The position numbers were made by a program, and so were the translations under genes. The notes below the pieces were generated by a model. That model worked only from the letters and a program-made list of their open reading frames with translations. It had not been told where the DNA came from and ran no database searches. Positions 44,587 through 54,943 of a stretch of 64,000 bases of DNA are shown piece after piece (position 1 is the stretch's first letter; the number at the start of each line of letters is the position of its first letter). Origin of the DNA: Candidatus Gottesmanbacteria bacterium (lineage in GTDB: Bacteria > Patescibacteriota > Microgenomatia > 2-02-FULL-39-11); NCBI GenBank assembly GCA_016186795.1, contig JACPKY010000002.1, positions 26,593 through 90,592 on the forward strand, read 5' to 3'.

Positions 44587-45306
44587 ATGAAATCTGCCAT
44601 TCATATACCTCTCATAAAAAATGCAACTGTCCTCGTTCACGAGGGTGCGAAAGTGACACCCGAAACTGTTCTTGCAGAATTTTCACAAACGGTCGACGAA
44701 ATCATTGATGTTGCCAAAATGCTGGATATTTCACCATCGAAAGTTGGTTCCTTACTTACAAAATCTGTTGGAACTGAGATTCATTCTGGAGAAGTTTTAG
44801 CAATGAAAAAAGGTGTATTTTCAACAGCACTTTTAAAAAGTCCCATAGAGGGTACAATTACTCATCTGAACGAAAATGATGGAACAGTGACTCTCTCAAG
44901 GGTCGATATGGGAAAGAGTAACTATTCAATTCCACTGAAAGGAACAGTGAAGAAAGTTTCAAAGACTGGTATCGAGATAGAAGTTGAAGGAACGCGTTTT
45001 GAAGGAAAAGAAGGATTTGGAAAAGACGCGTATGGGCAGATACACGCGTACGAGAATAACGAAATTTTGACGAGTGTCGGTGTGGAGCTTGAAAATACCA
45101 TTCTTGCAACTAGCGAACTATCTGAAGAAGCTCAGGCAAAATGCGACGTTTTAGGAGTTTCAGCATGTATTGTTGCGAAACCGTTGGAAACGACTGCTTT
45201 TCCATGGATTTTCGTGTCCTCGGATGTATTTGCAAAAATATCCCATCTGAAGGGTTTTGCATGGGTTCGGCCGGAAGTGAAAGAGGTTATTATTCTTTCC
45301 AAATAA
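44587..45306 (+). CDS. Hypothetical protein with barrel-sandwich (biotinyl/lipoyl-like) repeats
   Basis: VLVHEGAKV.P..VLA and VGTEIHSGEVLA...KSPIEGTI patterns. Confidence 0.65.
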   Translation: MKSAIHIPLIKNATVLVHEGAKVTPETVLAEFSQTVDEIIDVAKMLDISPSKVGSLLTKSVGTEIHSGEVLAMKKGVFSTALLKSPIEGTITHLNENDGTVTLSRVDMGKSNYSIPLKGTVKKVSKTGIEIEVEGTRFEGKEGFGKDAYGQIHAYENNEILTSVGVELENTILATSELSEEAQAKCDVLGVSACIVAKPLETTAFPWIFVSSDVFAKISHLKGFAWVRPEVKEVIILSK

Positions 45307-45307
45307 T

Positions 45308-46564
45308 ATGAAACTAAACGTTTTACGAAATATCATTCTTGGCATTTCCATCCTTGTGATCACTTTTGGTATTGGATACCGGGTCGGTCAAAAATCAACC
45401 TCAGTATCGTCTTCACTTTCTGCAGTTGAGATTGTTGGACAAACAAAAGGAAAAAATCCCACAGTTGATTTTTCTCTTTTTTGGGATGTGTGGGATCGAG
45501 TCGGGAAATACTATATTGATAAAGAGAAAATTGATCCTCAGAAGATGGTATACGGTGCTATCTCAGGAATGGTTTCATCACTTGGAGACCCCTATACGGT
45601 ATTTCTCCCACCAACTCAAAATAAAGAGGCAAAGGACGATTTGGGCGGAAAGTTTGAGGGAATTGGTGCACAGTTAGGAGTAAAAGAAAAAAAGATTGTC
45701 GTCATTGCGCCTCTGAAAGGAACACCTGCTGAAACGGCCGGCATCAAATCTGGTGATTGGATTGTGAAGGTCGATGGTAAAGAGACGCTTAACTGGACTG
45801 TTTTTGAGGCTGTTTCCAAAATTCGCGGTCCAAAAGGAAGTAGTGTTGAGTTAACGATTGTTCACAAAGATGCTTCGTCTTCTTCTGATATAAAAGTGAC
45901 TCGAGATACGATCAATGTGGCATCAGTTGAGTGGGAATTGAAAAATTTAAGCTGTTCTTCAGAGAACAATTGTAAAAAAGTTGTCTACCTGAAACTGAGT
46001 CGGTTCGGTGATCAAACCAGTGAAGAATGGAACAAAGGCATAAGTGAGATTTTACAAGCGCTACCGGGAACAGCCTCTCAAACGAACGATGAAATAAAAG
46101 GGTTGGTATTTGACCTTCGCAATAACCCAGGAGGGTATCTCGCAGGGTCAGTGTTTATCGCGTCAGAGTTTTTAAAAGATGGGATTGTCGTAAAACAGGA
46201 ATCAATTCGTTCCGGAAATCAGCAGTATTCCGTAGATCGGAAAGGTAGACTAACAAGTATCCCTATGGTAGTATTAATAAATAAAGGTACAGCATCAGCA
46301 GGTGAAATTGTTGCAGGGAGTCTTCAGGAACGGGCTCGAGCGAAACTTTTTGGAGAAACGACGTTTGGAAAGGGAAGCGTCCAGGAAGCACAAGAACTAG
46401 AAGGTGGTGCTGGAATTCACATAACAACTGCAAAGTGGTTACTCCCCTCAGGGAAGTGGATTAACGGTACAGGGATAGAGCCTGATATTGCCGTCACGAA
46501 TGATGAATCCAAACCGGAGGAGGATACACAACTTCTCAAAGCTCTCGAATATCTTATAAAGTGA
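45308..46564 (+). CDS. S41 C-terminal processing protease (CtpA/Prc family)
   Basis: LGDPYT, PDZ, DLRNNPGG, TASAGEI, TFGKGSVQ. Confidence 0.95.
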   Translation: MKLNVLRNIILGISILVITFGIGYRVGQKSTSVSSSLSAVEIVGQTKGKNPTVDFSLFWDVWDRVGKYYIDKEKIDPQKMVYGAISGMVSSLGDPYTVFLPPTQNKEAKDDLGGKFEGIGAQLGVKEKKIVVIAPLKGTPAETAGIKSGDWIVKVDGKETLNWTVFEAVSKIRGPKGSSVELTIVHKDASSSSDIKVTRDTINVASVEWELKNLSCSSENNCKKVVYLKLSRFGDQTSEEWNKGISEILQALPGTASQTNDEIKGLVFDLRNNPGGYLAGSVFIASEFLKDGIVVKQESIRSGNQQYSVDRKGRLTSIPMVVLINKGTASAGEIVAGSLQERARAKLFGETTFGKGSVQEAQELEGGAGIHITTAKWLLPSGKWINGTGIEPDIAVTNDESKPEEDTQLLKALEYLIK

Positions 46565-46574
46565 AAGGAAATTG

Positions 46575-47726
46575 ATGAAACGAGTCGCATTCCTTATTCT
46601 TTTACTTATTCTTCTTGTTGGAATCGGTATCAATACTGGCCAGATCGATGTTTCAAATGTCGGCAAGTTTTTGCAGCAAAATCAGCAAACGATACTTCCC
46701 GGACTCGATCAGATCAAAGTTGTTGAGGAAGAGTCGGTTGTAACAGATGTTGTTGAGAAAGTTTCTCCCTCGGTTGTAACGATATCGATTTCACGATCTC
46801 GATCTATTGGCAGTATTTTTGAGATAGATCCATTTGATCCCTTTGGGTCTTTTCGGAGCCCGGGCAGACGTGAGCCAATTCAGCAAGATATCGGGAGCGG
46901 TTTTATTGTTTCGGCAGATGGTTTAATTGTTACCAACAAACACGTCGTTTCTGATACCACTGCAAAGTATCGAGTAGTAACAAGTGATGATAAAACGTTT
47001 GAAACACAACAGATTTACCGCGATCCAGTCAATGATCTTGCCATCATTAAAATTAACGCGACTGGACTGAAACCCGTCACACTTGGTGATTCAGCAAAAA
47101 TGAAAGTAGGACAACGGGCAATTGCAATTGGAACGGCGCTTGGTGAATTTCGTAACACCGTAACTGTTGGTGTGATTTCAGGACTCGGGCGAGGAATAAC
47201 AGCAGGAAGTCCGTTTGAAGGGTATGTTGAACGGTTGGATAATGTTATCCAAACAGATGCTGCAATTAACCCGGGAAATTCTGGCGGACCACTCTTAAAC
47301 TCAGCCGGTCAAGTTATCGGAGTAAATGTTGCAGTGGCATCTGAAGGACAAAGTATAGGGTTTGCATTGCCAATCAATCTTGTCAAAGAATCACTTACCG
47401 AATTTAATAAAAATGGGGGAAAGTTTCAACGTCCGTATCTTGGAGTTCAGTACAAAATGATCACCCGAGATTTAGCCCTTCTCAACGACGTACCAGAGGG
47501 AGCATACGTCCAAGACGTTGTTCCTGATTCACCGGCAGAAAAGGCAGGGATTGACAGTGAGGATATCATAACCAAAATCAATGGCCAGAAAGTTACCGAG
47601 AAAGATGGAGGACTCTCAAGTATTATAGCCAAAAGTAAAGTTGGAGATACTGTGACATTGGAAATATGGAGAGAGGGAGAAACGAAAGAGATCAAAGTCA
47701 CGATAGGGGAGTATAGTGGAGAATAA
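46575..47726 (+). CDS. HtrA/DegP-family serine protease with PDZ domain
   Basis: GSGFIV, TNKHV, QTDAAINPGNSGGPL. Confidence 0.96.
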   Translation: MKRVAFLILLLILLVGIGINTGQIDVSNVGKFLQQNQQTILPGLDQIKVVEEESVVTDVVEKVSPSVVTISISRSRSIGSIFEIDPFDPFGSFRSPGRREPIQQDIGSGFIVSADGLIVTNKHVVSDTTAKYRVVTSDDKTFETQQIYRDPVNDLAIIKINATGLKPVTLGDSAKMKVGQRAIAIGTALGEFRNTVTVGVISGLGRGITAGSPFEGYVERLDNVIQTDAAINPGNSGGPLLNSAGQVIGVNVAVASEGQSIGFALPINLVKESLTEFNKNGGKFQRPYLGVQYKMITRDLALLNDVPEGAYVQDVVPDSPAEKAGIDSEDIITKINGQKVTEKDGGLSSIIAKSKVGDTVTLEIWREGETKEIKVTIGEYSGE

Positions 47727-47734
47727 AAGAAATT

Positions 47735-48442
47735 TTAGTTGGTAGTCTGAGTAAACTGCAATAAAGTATTTACTACTTTTTCAAGTTTTCCTTCTACGAT
47801 CTCTTCCAGATTGTGCCAGCTTTTATTGATTCGATGATCCGTAACTCGATTTTGAGGAAAGTTATATGTTCGAATTTTTTCAGCTCTCATCCCTCGTCCG
47901 ATAAGAAGTCTTGCAGTTGAAAGTTGTTGCTCTTTCTTTTGCTCTTCCACTTCCCAGAGTTTTGATCTCAGAAGCTCTAGCGCAATCCTTCTATTTTGCT
48001 CCTGACTTCTTTCTCGTTGTGCGGAGGTAACGATACCGGTTAATTTGTGTCTCAAGCGAACGGCAGTTGATACTTTGTTGACATTTTGGCCACCTTTTCC
48101 ACCGCTTCTATAAAAATCCCACTCCAAATCTTGCGGATTTACATAAATTTGGTTTTGTTCAATCTCAGGAAGTACTGCAACCGTTGCTGTTGACGTATGA
48201 ATGCGTCCCGACCTTTCTGTTTTCGGAATCCTCTGAACTCGATGGACTCCTGCCTCAAATTGAAGTTGTGAGAATGCATTGGGGCCGGTAATTTTTACAA
48301 CAGAATCGTCAAGGAAATCAACTCTCCAGCTTTTTATTGCCGCAAAACGAGTATACATGCGAAGTAAATCACCTGCCCAGATCTTTGCTTCGTCACCACC
48401 AGTTCCCCCACGTATTTCGATGATTGCTATATTTTGGTTCAT
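47735..48442 (-). CDS. prfA: Peptide chain release factor 1 lacking N-terminal domain 1
   Basis: [14 protein letters not shown] (PxT) specificity motif, [19 protein letters not shown]; downstream of rpmE. Confidence 0.9.
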   Translation of the reverse strand: MNQNIAIIEIRGGTGGDEAKIWAGDLLRMYTRFAAIKSWRVDFLDDSVVKITGPNAFSQLQFEAGVHRVQRIPKTERSGRIHTSTATVAVLPEIEQNQIYVNPQDLEWDFYRSGGKGGQNVNKVSTAVRLRHKLTGIVTSAQRERSQEQNRRIALELLRSKLWEVEEQKKEQQLSTARLLIGRGMRAEKIRTYNFPQNRVTDHRINKSWHNLEEIVEGKLEKVVNTLLQFTQTTN

Positions 48443-48473
48443 AGGGAAATTTACGGATTATTGCCAAAGCGAA

Positions 48474-48779
48474 TTAACTTCCTAACAGCATTTCTCGAAG
48501 TGACTTGGGAGATCGAATTTGTTCTTGTCGTTCAAGTTTTTTTTGTCGTTTGCTGGCAATGTGAGCTTTTTGTTCTTTTGCGATTTTCTGTTTCTGTTGG
48601 AAGCGATCTACCCTGCCCATCGTATCAACAAACTTCATTTCACCGGTAAAGAATGGATGACATTTGCTACAGATTTCGACCCGAATATTTTCTTTGGTTG
48701 AACCAATGGTGAAGGTAGTACCGCAGGCGCACAGAACCTGTGCGTTTGGATACCACTGAGGGTGAATTTTCGCTTTCAT
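48474..48779 (-). CDS. rpmE: 50S ribosomal protein bL31
   Basis: [27 protein letters not shown]. Confidence 0.97.
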   Translation of the reverse strand: MKAKIHPQWYPNAQVLCACGTTFTIGSTKENIRVEICSKCHPFFTGEMKFVDTMGRVDRFQQKQKIAKEQKAHIASKRQKKLERQEQIRSPKSLREMLLGS

Positions 48780-48797
48780 AGAGTGCCCATTATAGCA

Positions 48798-49706
48798 TCA
48801 AGAGTGCAGTTTGTGAAGCGGGTGGTAGTTGAGTCTTCCTTCTGCGATGAATATCCCCCCGAAAATAAAAATACTTCCGACGATAAAGACAGGAGTAATT
48901 GTTTCCCCAAGAAGTGGATAGGCAAGAGTTGCAGCAACAACTGGATCAATATAGGCAAAAATGCCAATTTCTTGGCCCGGGATTTTTCGAATTCCCCAGT
49001 CGTAAAGAGTGTACGCAATCGTTGATGAGAGGAAAATCCCAAAAATGATTCCAAGTATTCCACGATAGTCAAGAGGGGGTATCGGGCGAAATGCCACCTG
49101 TTCAAAAAGAAAGAGGGGAAAGAAGCTATACGCCCCAATAAGAAATGACCAGAAAGTGAGAGTTTTTGCACTGTACCTATTGAGAATTGGTTTGCCGATA
49201 ATTGTATGACCAACTATTCCCAACGCTGCGATCAAGAAAAACAAATTTCCAATACTTTCTAAAGCAAAACCCTGTTCAAATAGGGGTTGGATGAGGAAAA
49301 GAAGCACCCCACACATACTAACCAGAAGTCCCAAAAAAGTTTTGAGGTGGAACTTTTCCTTCAAAAAAAGTAGTGAAAGTAAGTACAAAAAAGCAGGTGA
49401 GGAGGATGCAATGATTGGCATATTGATTGAAGGAGCAAGTTTGAGACCGAGGAAAAAAAATGAGATGTTTATAGTTATACCAAAGAGGGAGAAGAAGAAA
49501 AGCGCTGTCCAATCTTTTCTTGAAATTGTAAGATTTGGCAGCACAAATGGTAACAGGAGAAATGAAGCTCCAAGAAATCTTATAAAAGCCAATGTAAACG
49601 GGGGGATATTTTCCAGTGAAAGTTTAAAAATAGGAGAGGCCATCCCCCAGATGATATTTGCACTAATCAGGGCAACTATGGCTTTTCTATGTGAGGTTGA
49701 GAGCAT
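48798..49706 (-). CDS. DMT/EamA-family transporter
   Basis: About 10 TM helices, IWG...K, two EamA repeats, LLGE. Confidence 0.92.
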   Translation of the reverse strand: MLSTSHRKAIVALISANIIWGMASPIFKLSLENIPPFTLAFIRFLGASFLLLPFVLPNLTISRKDWTALFFFSLFGITINISFFFLGLKLAPSINMPIIASSSPAFLYLLSLLFLKEKFHLKTFLGLLVSMCGVLLFLIQPLFEQGFALESIGNLFFLIAALGIVGHTIIGKPILNRYSAKTLTFWSFLIGAYSFFPLFLFEQVAFRPIPPLDYRGILGIIFGIFLSSTIAYTLYDWGIRKIPGQEIGIFAYIDPVVAATLAYPLLGETITPVFIVGSIFIFGGIFIAEGRLNYHPLHKLHS

Positions 49707-50904
49707 GGGGCAGTTCCTTTAATTGCACCGTTTTTTGTGTACGGGTAGCGAGATTTTTCACGGTAACGGATTGCTTTCTTAACTCATCCGGGCCAGCTAT
49801 AAGGACAAGCGGCACCCCCTTTTTGAGTGCGTATTTGAGCTGTTTTTCTAACTTCTGATTTGGATCAGGAAAAAGATCGGTAGGAATTGCGTGCGATCGA
49901 AGAAGTTGTGCAATTTTTTGGGAATATCGAAGTGTCGTTTCGTCAAAAATTGTCACTAAAACTTTTGTTTTGGTAGAAATTGGTGGGAAAAGACCCAGTT
50001 CCTCCATCGCAAGAATAGTTCGGTCAAAACCGATAGCAAAACCAGTCCCTGGTACTTTCATATTTGAAAAACGCGATACAAGGCTATCAAATCGTTCTCC
50101 ACCCAAAAGACTGCCCGTTGGAAAGTCGCCAACAACTATTTCCCAAATTGGCCCGGTAGAGTAAGAGAACGAACGGGCAAGGGTTGGTTTATATTGATAA
50201 TTTTCTGTTAAACCGTAACCATCAAGATAGTCAAAAATCTTTTTCAATCTGTCATTCGGTTTATTATTTTTGATTGTATCAAGGAGTGTTTTGGCATCCT
50301 TGTTGGAAAAACCTTTTTGGTTTAATTCTTGTAAAACCCCTGATGCCCCAACCTTCTCTAATTTATCAATTGCTGTTATTGCTTTATACGGTATATCTTT
50401 ATAGAGTTCTCTGTCATTTATGATGGCGATGGGTTTTTTAAACCGTAGGTTCTTATAAATATCAATAGAAAGAGCAATCGTTTCTCCATCGGCAGATGCA
50501 TCTTCCACTCCAAAAATATCCGCATCACACTGCAGAAATTCTCTATACCTTCCTTTTTGCGGTTTCTCGGCCCTCCAGACAGTCTGGATTTGGTACCGTT
50601 TGAATGGAAGGGTGATTTTACTAGGATACTGGGCGATGACCCGACATGTTGGTACGGTTTGGTCATAGCGAAGAGCAACATCTCTTCCTCCCTGATCTTT
50701 GAATTTATAAAAAAGATGCTCGTCCTCGCCAATATTGCCGGTGAATGTTTCCAAGTATTCTATGGCCGGTGTTTCGATGGGGACGAATCCGTAAAGTTCG
50801 AAGGTTCTTCGTATGACATCGATAACATACTGGCGCTTCTGCGCATCCTCAGGCAGAAAATCGCGGAAGCCTTTGAGAATTTGTGGAGTTATCAGTTTAT
50901 TCAT
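49687..50904 (-). CDS. hisS: Histidine--tRNA ligase
   Basis: KGFRDFLP, LRYDQTVP, RAEKPQKGRYREFLQCD, GFAIGFDR. Confidence 0.97.
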   Translation of the reverse strand: MNKLITPQILKGFRDFLPEDAQKRQYVIDVIRRTFELYGFVPIETPAIEYLETFTGNIGEDEHLFYKFKDQGGRDVALRYDQTVPTCRVIAQYPSKITLPFKRYQIQTVWRAEKPQKGRYREFLQCDADIFGVEDASADGETIALSIDIYKNLRFKKPIAIINDRELYKDIPYKAITAIDKLEKVGASGVLQELNQKGFSNKDAKTLLDTIKNNKPNDRLKKIFDYLDGYGLTENYQYKPTLARSFSYSTGPIWEIVVGDFPTGSLLGGERFDSLVSRFSNMKVPGTGFAIGFDRTILAMEELGLFPPISTKTKVLVTIFDETTLRYSQKIAQLLRSHAIPTDLFPDPNQKLEKQLKYALKKGVPLVLIAGPDELRKQSVTVKNLATRTQKTVQLKELPHALNLT

Positions 50905-51983
50905 AAAATGATCATCTCTTTAGTCGATTTTGTAAGAATTTCCGCTCCTTTACTTCTTAATACTACCAAATCCTCAATGCGGACACCACCGTAGTCCTCG
51001 ATGTAGATACCGGGTTCAACAGTGACGACCATGTTTTTACCAAGTTTCTCCTTTGACCCCTTTTTTAGTCTTGGAGCTTCATGGATGGCGCATCCCACTC
51101 CATGACCCAACCCATGGGGATACGGGGGGAATCCTGTCTCCTCAATTATTTTTCGGGCGATTTTATCAACGGAACTTGCGGAAATTCCGGCAGTAAGAGC
51201 GTTGAGTGCTTTTTTTTGGGCTGCGAAAACTGTTTCATACATTTTTCTTTTCTGAAAAGAGGGAGTTTTATAGAAAATGACCCGGGTCATATCCGAGCAG
51301 TACCCTTTGAATTTTGCGCCAAAATCCAAAAGAATGAGACTTCCTTTTTGCACACGCCTTTTCGTTCCTGACATATAATGGGGGATAGCGGAACTTTCAT
51401 CAATTGCGACAATTGGAGGAAAGGAAACATCGTCACTATTTCTTTTGATAAAAGACTCTATCTCAATAGCTAGTTCCTTCTCGCATACTCCTTTCGACAC
51501 TTTCTTCAAAATATATGAGAATGCGCGGTCGGCAACCTCGGAGGCTATTTTGATTTTACCTATTTCTTCACGTGTTTTTATCACACGAAGATTTTCTACG
51601 ATCCCCTCGGTTCTTTTGAGACGAACAGAGAGCTTCTTGGAAAGAGATTCAAATTCAGAAAGAGTAAGATTTTGTTTCTCAACTCCCATGGATTGAGAGT
51701 GAGATTTCTGAAGGATTTTTTCGAGATGGTCAGATAGTCGAATATCATAAGTTATGCAAAGTGTTTTAAATTCCCTCTCTTTTTTGGGGTAGAGACCATA
51801 GGATGTTGGAAACGTAAGAAGGTACGCCTCTCTTTTGGTAACAAAGAGAAATCCTTCCCGTTCATTTGGAGATAAGCCAACAAACCCGGTGAGATATGAA
51901 ACATTGTACTGATCAGATATGAAAAGACTGTCGATGTGCAGCCGTTCAAAAGATTTCTGAAGGATTTGGATTCTATCGTGCAT
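50901..51983 (-). CDS. Xaa-Pro aminopeptidase (M24B)
   Basis: LDFGA..GYCSDMTR, HGLGHGVG..IHE, TVEPGIY, GVRIED. Confidence 0.95.
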   Translation of the reverse strand: MHDRIQILQKSFERLHIDSLFISDQYNVSYLTGFVGLSPNEREGFLFVTKREAYLLTFPTSYGLYPKKEREFKTLCITYDIRLSDHLEKILQKSHSQSMGVEKQNLTLSEFESLSKKLSVRLKRTEGIVENLRVIKTREEIGKIKIASEVADRAFSYILKKVSKGVCEKELAIEIESFIKRNSDDVSFPPIVAIDESSAIPHYMSGTKRRVQKGSLILLDFGAKFKGYCSDMTRVIFYKTPSFQKRKMYETVFAAQKKALNALTAGISASSVDKIARKIIEETGFPPYPHGLGHGVGCAIHEAPRLKKGSKEKLGKNMVVTVEPGIYIEDYGGVRIEDLVVLRSKGAEILTKSTKEMIIL

Positions 51984-52028
51984 TTTGAAATATTTCTGTA
52001 TTGTACCAAACTTCGCTATACTATACAT

Positions 52029-52856
52029 ATGACGAGCCCTTCATATCCATTAGAGCTATCAAAAGTTCGGGATTTTTTGATAAATATTTTACCCACGGCA
52101 GGACAGATAATTCGAAGATACTATCATGCTGAAATGATACCGCAGAAAAAGAAAGGGACGATTGATTTCGTGACTGTTGCTGATTTGAAGGCGGATGAGT
52201 TCTTACGAGACCAATTACACCGCCAGTTTCCTGATATTCCCGTTCTTACGGAAGAAACTGCACCGTCTGACTTGGACCAATATATCAAACACGAACTGCT
52301 CTTTATTGTCGATCCTTTGGATGGTACTGCCAATTTTGCCAGAGGTGATGCAAATTATTCCATCAGTGTTGGACTTTCATGGAAGGGACAATCCATTTTG
52401 GGGGTATTATTCGTTCCAGTATCCAGCAGGATGTTCTGGGCTCAAGCCGATCGAGACGGTGCGTATTGGAATGGAAGGAGAATTCACGTATCAACCGTTT
52501 CAAATCTTTATGAAGCAGTCGTATGCACGGATTGGTCCCACATTTTATCAACGCGCGATTCTACAACAAACTTTTTAAAAAAAGTATTTGGACATGTTCG
52601 GCAGATAAAAATACTTGGATCGGCTGCAACGAATTTATCACTCCTTGCGCTTGGAGCAATTGATATTTACAGCCATGTTCATCTCATGCCATGGGATACG
52701 GCAGCAGCTGTGCTTATTGCCCAAAAAGCGGGAGCGACTGTCTCCGATTCGAAAGGGTACGCTTGGAATGTTTTTACTCCGGATATTTTAGCCGCAAATA
52801 GTGTGCTTCACAGGAAAATGCTGAAGTTTCTTTCTGGGAAGAGAACATCAAAGTGA
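52029..52856 (+). CDS. suhB: Inositol monophosphatase family protein (SuhB-like)
   Basis: DFVT.AD, TEE, VDPLDGTANF, PWDTAAA. Confidence 0.85.
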   Translation: MTSPSYPLELSKVRDFLINILPTAGQIIRRYYHAEMIPQKKKGTIDFVTVADLKADEFLRDQLHRQFPDIPVLTEETAPSDLDQYIKHELLFIVDPLDGTANFARGDANYSISVGLSWKGQSILGVLFVPVSSRMFWAQADRDGAYWNGRRIHVSTVSNLYEAVVCTDWSHILSTRDSTTNFLKKVFGHVRQIKILGSAATNLSLLALGAIDIYSHVHLMPWDTAAAVLIAQKAGATVSDSKGYAWNVFTPDILAANSVLHRKMLKFLSGKRTSK

Positions 52857-52879
52857 CCTTCAGAGGTTGTGTGTACCTA

Positions 52880-53689
52880 TCACGGTTTCTTTGTTGGTAT
52901 GGCGGATGGAGTAGAGGTATTACTTTTGGGAGTAATTTTTGGTGATACTGTTGCTGATGGTGAAGAAACAAGGGAACCTGTTTCTTGAGGTAGTATTGAT
53001 ACAAGGGTAATAAGTCTTCGTATTGAGACACGATTTACTTCTTTGGAGTTTGGAGTTGCCAGGGCATGAATTGAACTTCCGACGGCAAGTTTTGAAAATC
53101 CACCCTTCACGAGTCCCTTCATGGGGTCGATGAGAAACATCTGTGAGTACGTTTCGATATCAGCCAAAGTTTCTCCTTGAGCGTCTTTGATGGTGACAGT
53201 GTAGTTACTTTTTTCTATATTAGAAATCTTTCCGCTTAAAAATAGGAGAGGTGTTTGGCTATAGACATATTTTGCAATGAGGGTACCGCTATCTTCGAAG
53301 TACCCAATTGCCGAAATTGTATCGTCCACTTTCAATTTACGTACGTCCAGCTGGTTTCGAGTTGCTCCATCAAGAGTGAAAAATGTTGTGTCATCTGAGT
53401 ACGTGAGCGATTTTTCCCCTATCCGTGTTGTTAACGTAATTGATTTATCACTAAGCGTCTTAATTTTTCCACCAACTGCTCCTTTTTCGCTTTTTCGAAG
53501 CTCAGCGACTTTTGTGGCGATTTTATCTTTGAGTACTTCAATTTTTTTCAGCTTATCCAAAAGTCCAGAAGGTGTTGCTTCATCTGGCACAGGAGTAGGG
53601 GTTGCGGCGAGCATTGGAGAAGAGGTAACGATAAGGCTTGCTATGACTATGATACCTGTAATGAATATTTTTTTGAATGCGAATATCAT
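52880..53689 (-). CDS. Secreted hypothetical protein with two OB-like (DUF5666-like) repeats
   Basis: Signal peptide; GKIK.L....ITL...LKVDDTI and GKISNI....TV...LAVGSSI repeats. Confidence 0.7.
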   Translation of the reverse strand: MIFAFKKIFITGIIVIASLIVTSSPMLAATPTPVPDEATPSGLLDKLKKIEVLKDKIATKVAELRKSEKGAVGGKIKTLSDKSITLTTRIGEKSLTYSDDTTFFTLDGATRNQLDVRKLKVDDTISAIGYFEDSGTLIAKYVYSQTPLLFLSGKISNIEKSNYTVTIKDAQGETLADIETYSQMFLIDPMKGLVKGGFSKLAVGSSIHALATPNSKEVNRVSIRRLITLVSILPQETGSLVSSPSATVSPKITPKSNTSTPSAIPTKKP

Positions 53690-53695
53690 AGAGAA

Positions 53696-54133
53696 TTAGA
53701 GTTCCTCAGGTGTGTAAAATACAGTGCGTGTTTCAGTTGCAATTTGTCCATTTTCCGCGATGTTGGTAAAGTACAGTGTATTTGCGCCTTCATTTATTTT
53801 GAGTTTTCCCTCAAACGTACCGGAGGCTGATGCTTCAACAATTTTACTCTCACTTTCTGATTCAAGAAGAATTTTTGTCGAAGGACCTGCAGATCCAACA
53901 ACCGAGAGTGTATTTGAATCAGAAACGCTCTGATCGGAAGGTGAAGTTACCGCGAATGAATTCAGTTGTACTTCCTTTGGCGTCATGGAAGGAGCAAATG
54001 ATGGAGAGATTGTCTCGGCAGGCAATGATTTTCTTGCTTGTGATAGAAGAGTTGGTAGGCTGGTTGCAGTGACAGCAACAACGCTTCCAACGACAAAACC
54101 GACACCAACCGCGATCAAAATATCCTGCTTCAT
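53696..54133 (-). CDS. Membrane-anchored hypothetical protein with an Ig-like domain
   Basis: N-terminal TM; VTSPSD...VVGS...GTF...INEGAN pattern. Confidence 0.7.
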   Translation of the reverse strand: MKQDILIAVGVGFVVGSVVAVTATSLPTLLSQARKSLPAETISPSFAPSMTPKEVQLNSFAVTSPSDQSVSDSNTLSVVGSAGPSTKILLESESESKIVEASASGTFEGKLKINEGANTLYFTNIAENGQIATETRTVFYTPEEL

Positions 54134-54213
54134 AGGGTGTTATAGTGTAGACTTACTTTACACCTCTTGTCAAGGAAAATTAAACATGCTAAAGTCGAAA
54201 GACTTTTACTCTC

Positions 54214-54855
54214 ATGGAAATTACCTACCTCGGACACTCATCATTTAAATTACGAGGAAAAAACGCGATCGTAGTAACTGATCCTTTTGATCCCAAATTC
54301 GTGGGCCTCAAGTTTCCCAAAATACCAGCCGATATTGTTACCATTTCGCATGAACACCATGATCATAATTTCCGAGAGGCAGTTGATGGGACGCCAGTTA
54401 TTGTTTCCGGGGCGGGGGAGTATGAAGTGAAAGGAATAAAGATCATTGGGATAGATACATTTCATGATGCATCTCTGGGATCTGAACGAGGTGGAAATAC
54501 GATTTACCGCATTGAAATGGACGGAATCTCCCTTGTCCATTGTGGTGATTTAGGACATAAGCTTACCGAAGCGCAACTTGATACAATCGGGGATGTTGGC
54601 ATTCTCATGATCCCCGTCGGAGGATATTTTACATTGGATGCGGCTTTGGCATCGGAAGTTGTTTCTCAAATAACGCCAAAGATTATTATTCCTATGCACT
54701 ATAAGAGAGATGGGCTTACCAAAGACTTTGATGTGCTTTCTACCCTCGATCTTTTTCTGAAGGAAATGGGAAAGGAAGGAATTACACCGGTACCGAAATT
54801 GACTGTATCTCAAGACAAATTACCAACGGAAACGACGGTTGTGGTACTTTCATAA
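54214..54855 (+). CDS. MBL-fold metallo-hydrolase
   Basis: YLGHSSF, SHEHHDH, HCGDLG, IPMHY. Confidence 0.93.
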   Translation: MEITYLGHSSFKLRGKNAIVVTDPFDPKFVGLKFPKIPADIVTISHEHHDHNFREAVDGTPVIVSGAGEYEVKGIKIIGIDTFHDASLGSERGGNTIYRIEMDGISLVHCGDLGHKLTEAQLDTIGDVGILMIPVGGYFTLDAALASEVVSQITPKIIIPMHYKRDGLTKDFDVLSTLDLFLKEMGKEGITPVPKLTVSQDKLPTETTVVVLS

Positions 54856-54943
54856 TAGCAAATATCAACCTCAAATATCAAATACACTTATCAAAAAAAT
54901 AAATATTTTTTCTATTTGATATTTACTTTGTGTTTTTAATTTT

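Noticed and set aside
48776-49213. 145-aa minus-strand ORF and the many other 60-200 aa ORFs overlapping confident genes
   Set aside because: Shadow or alternate-frame ORFs of well-supported CDSs.
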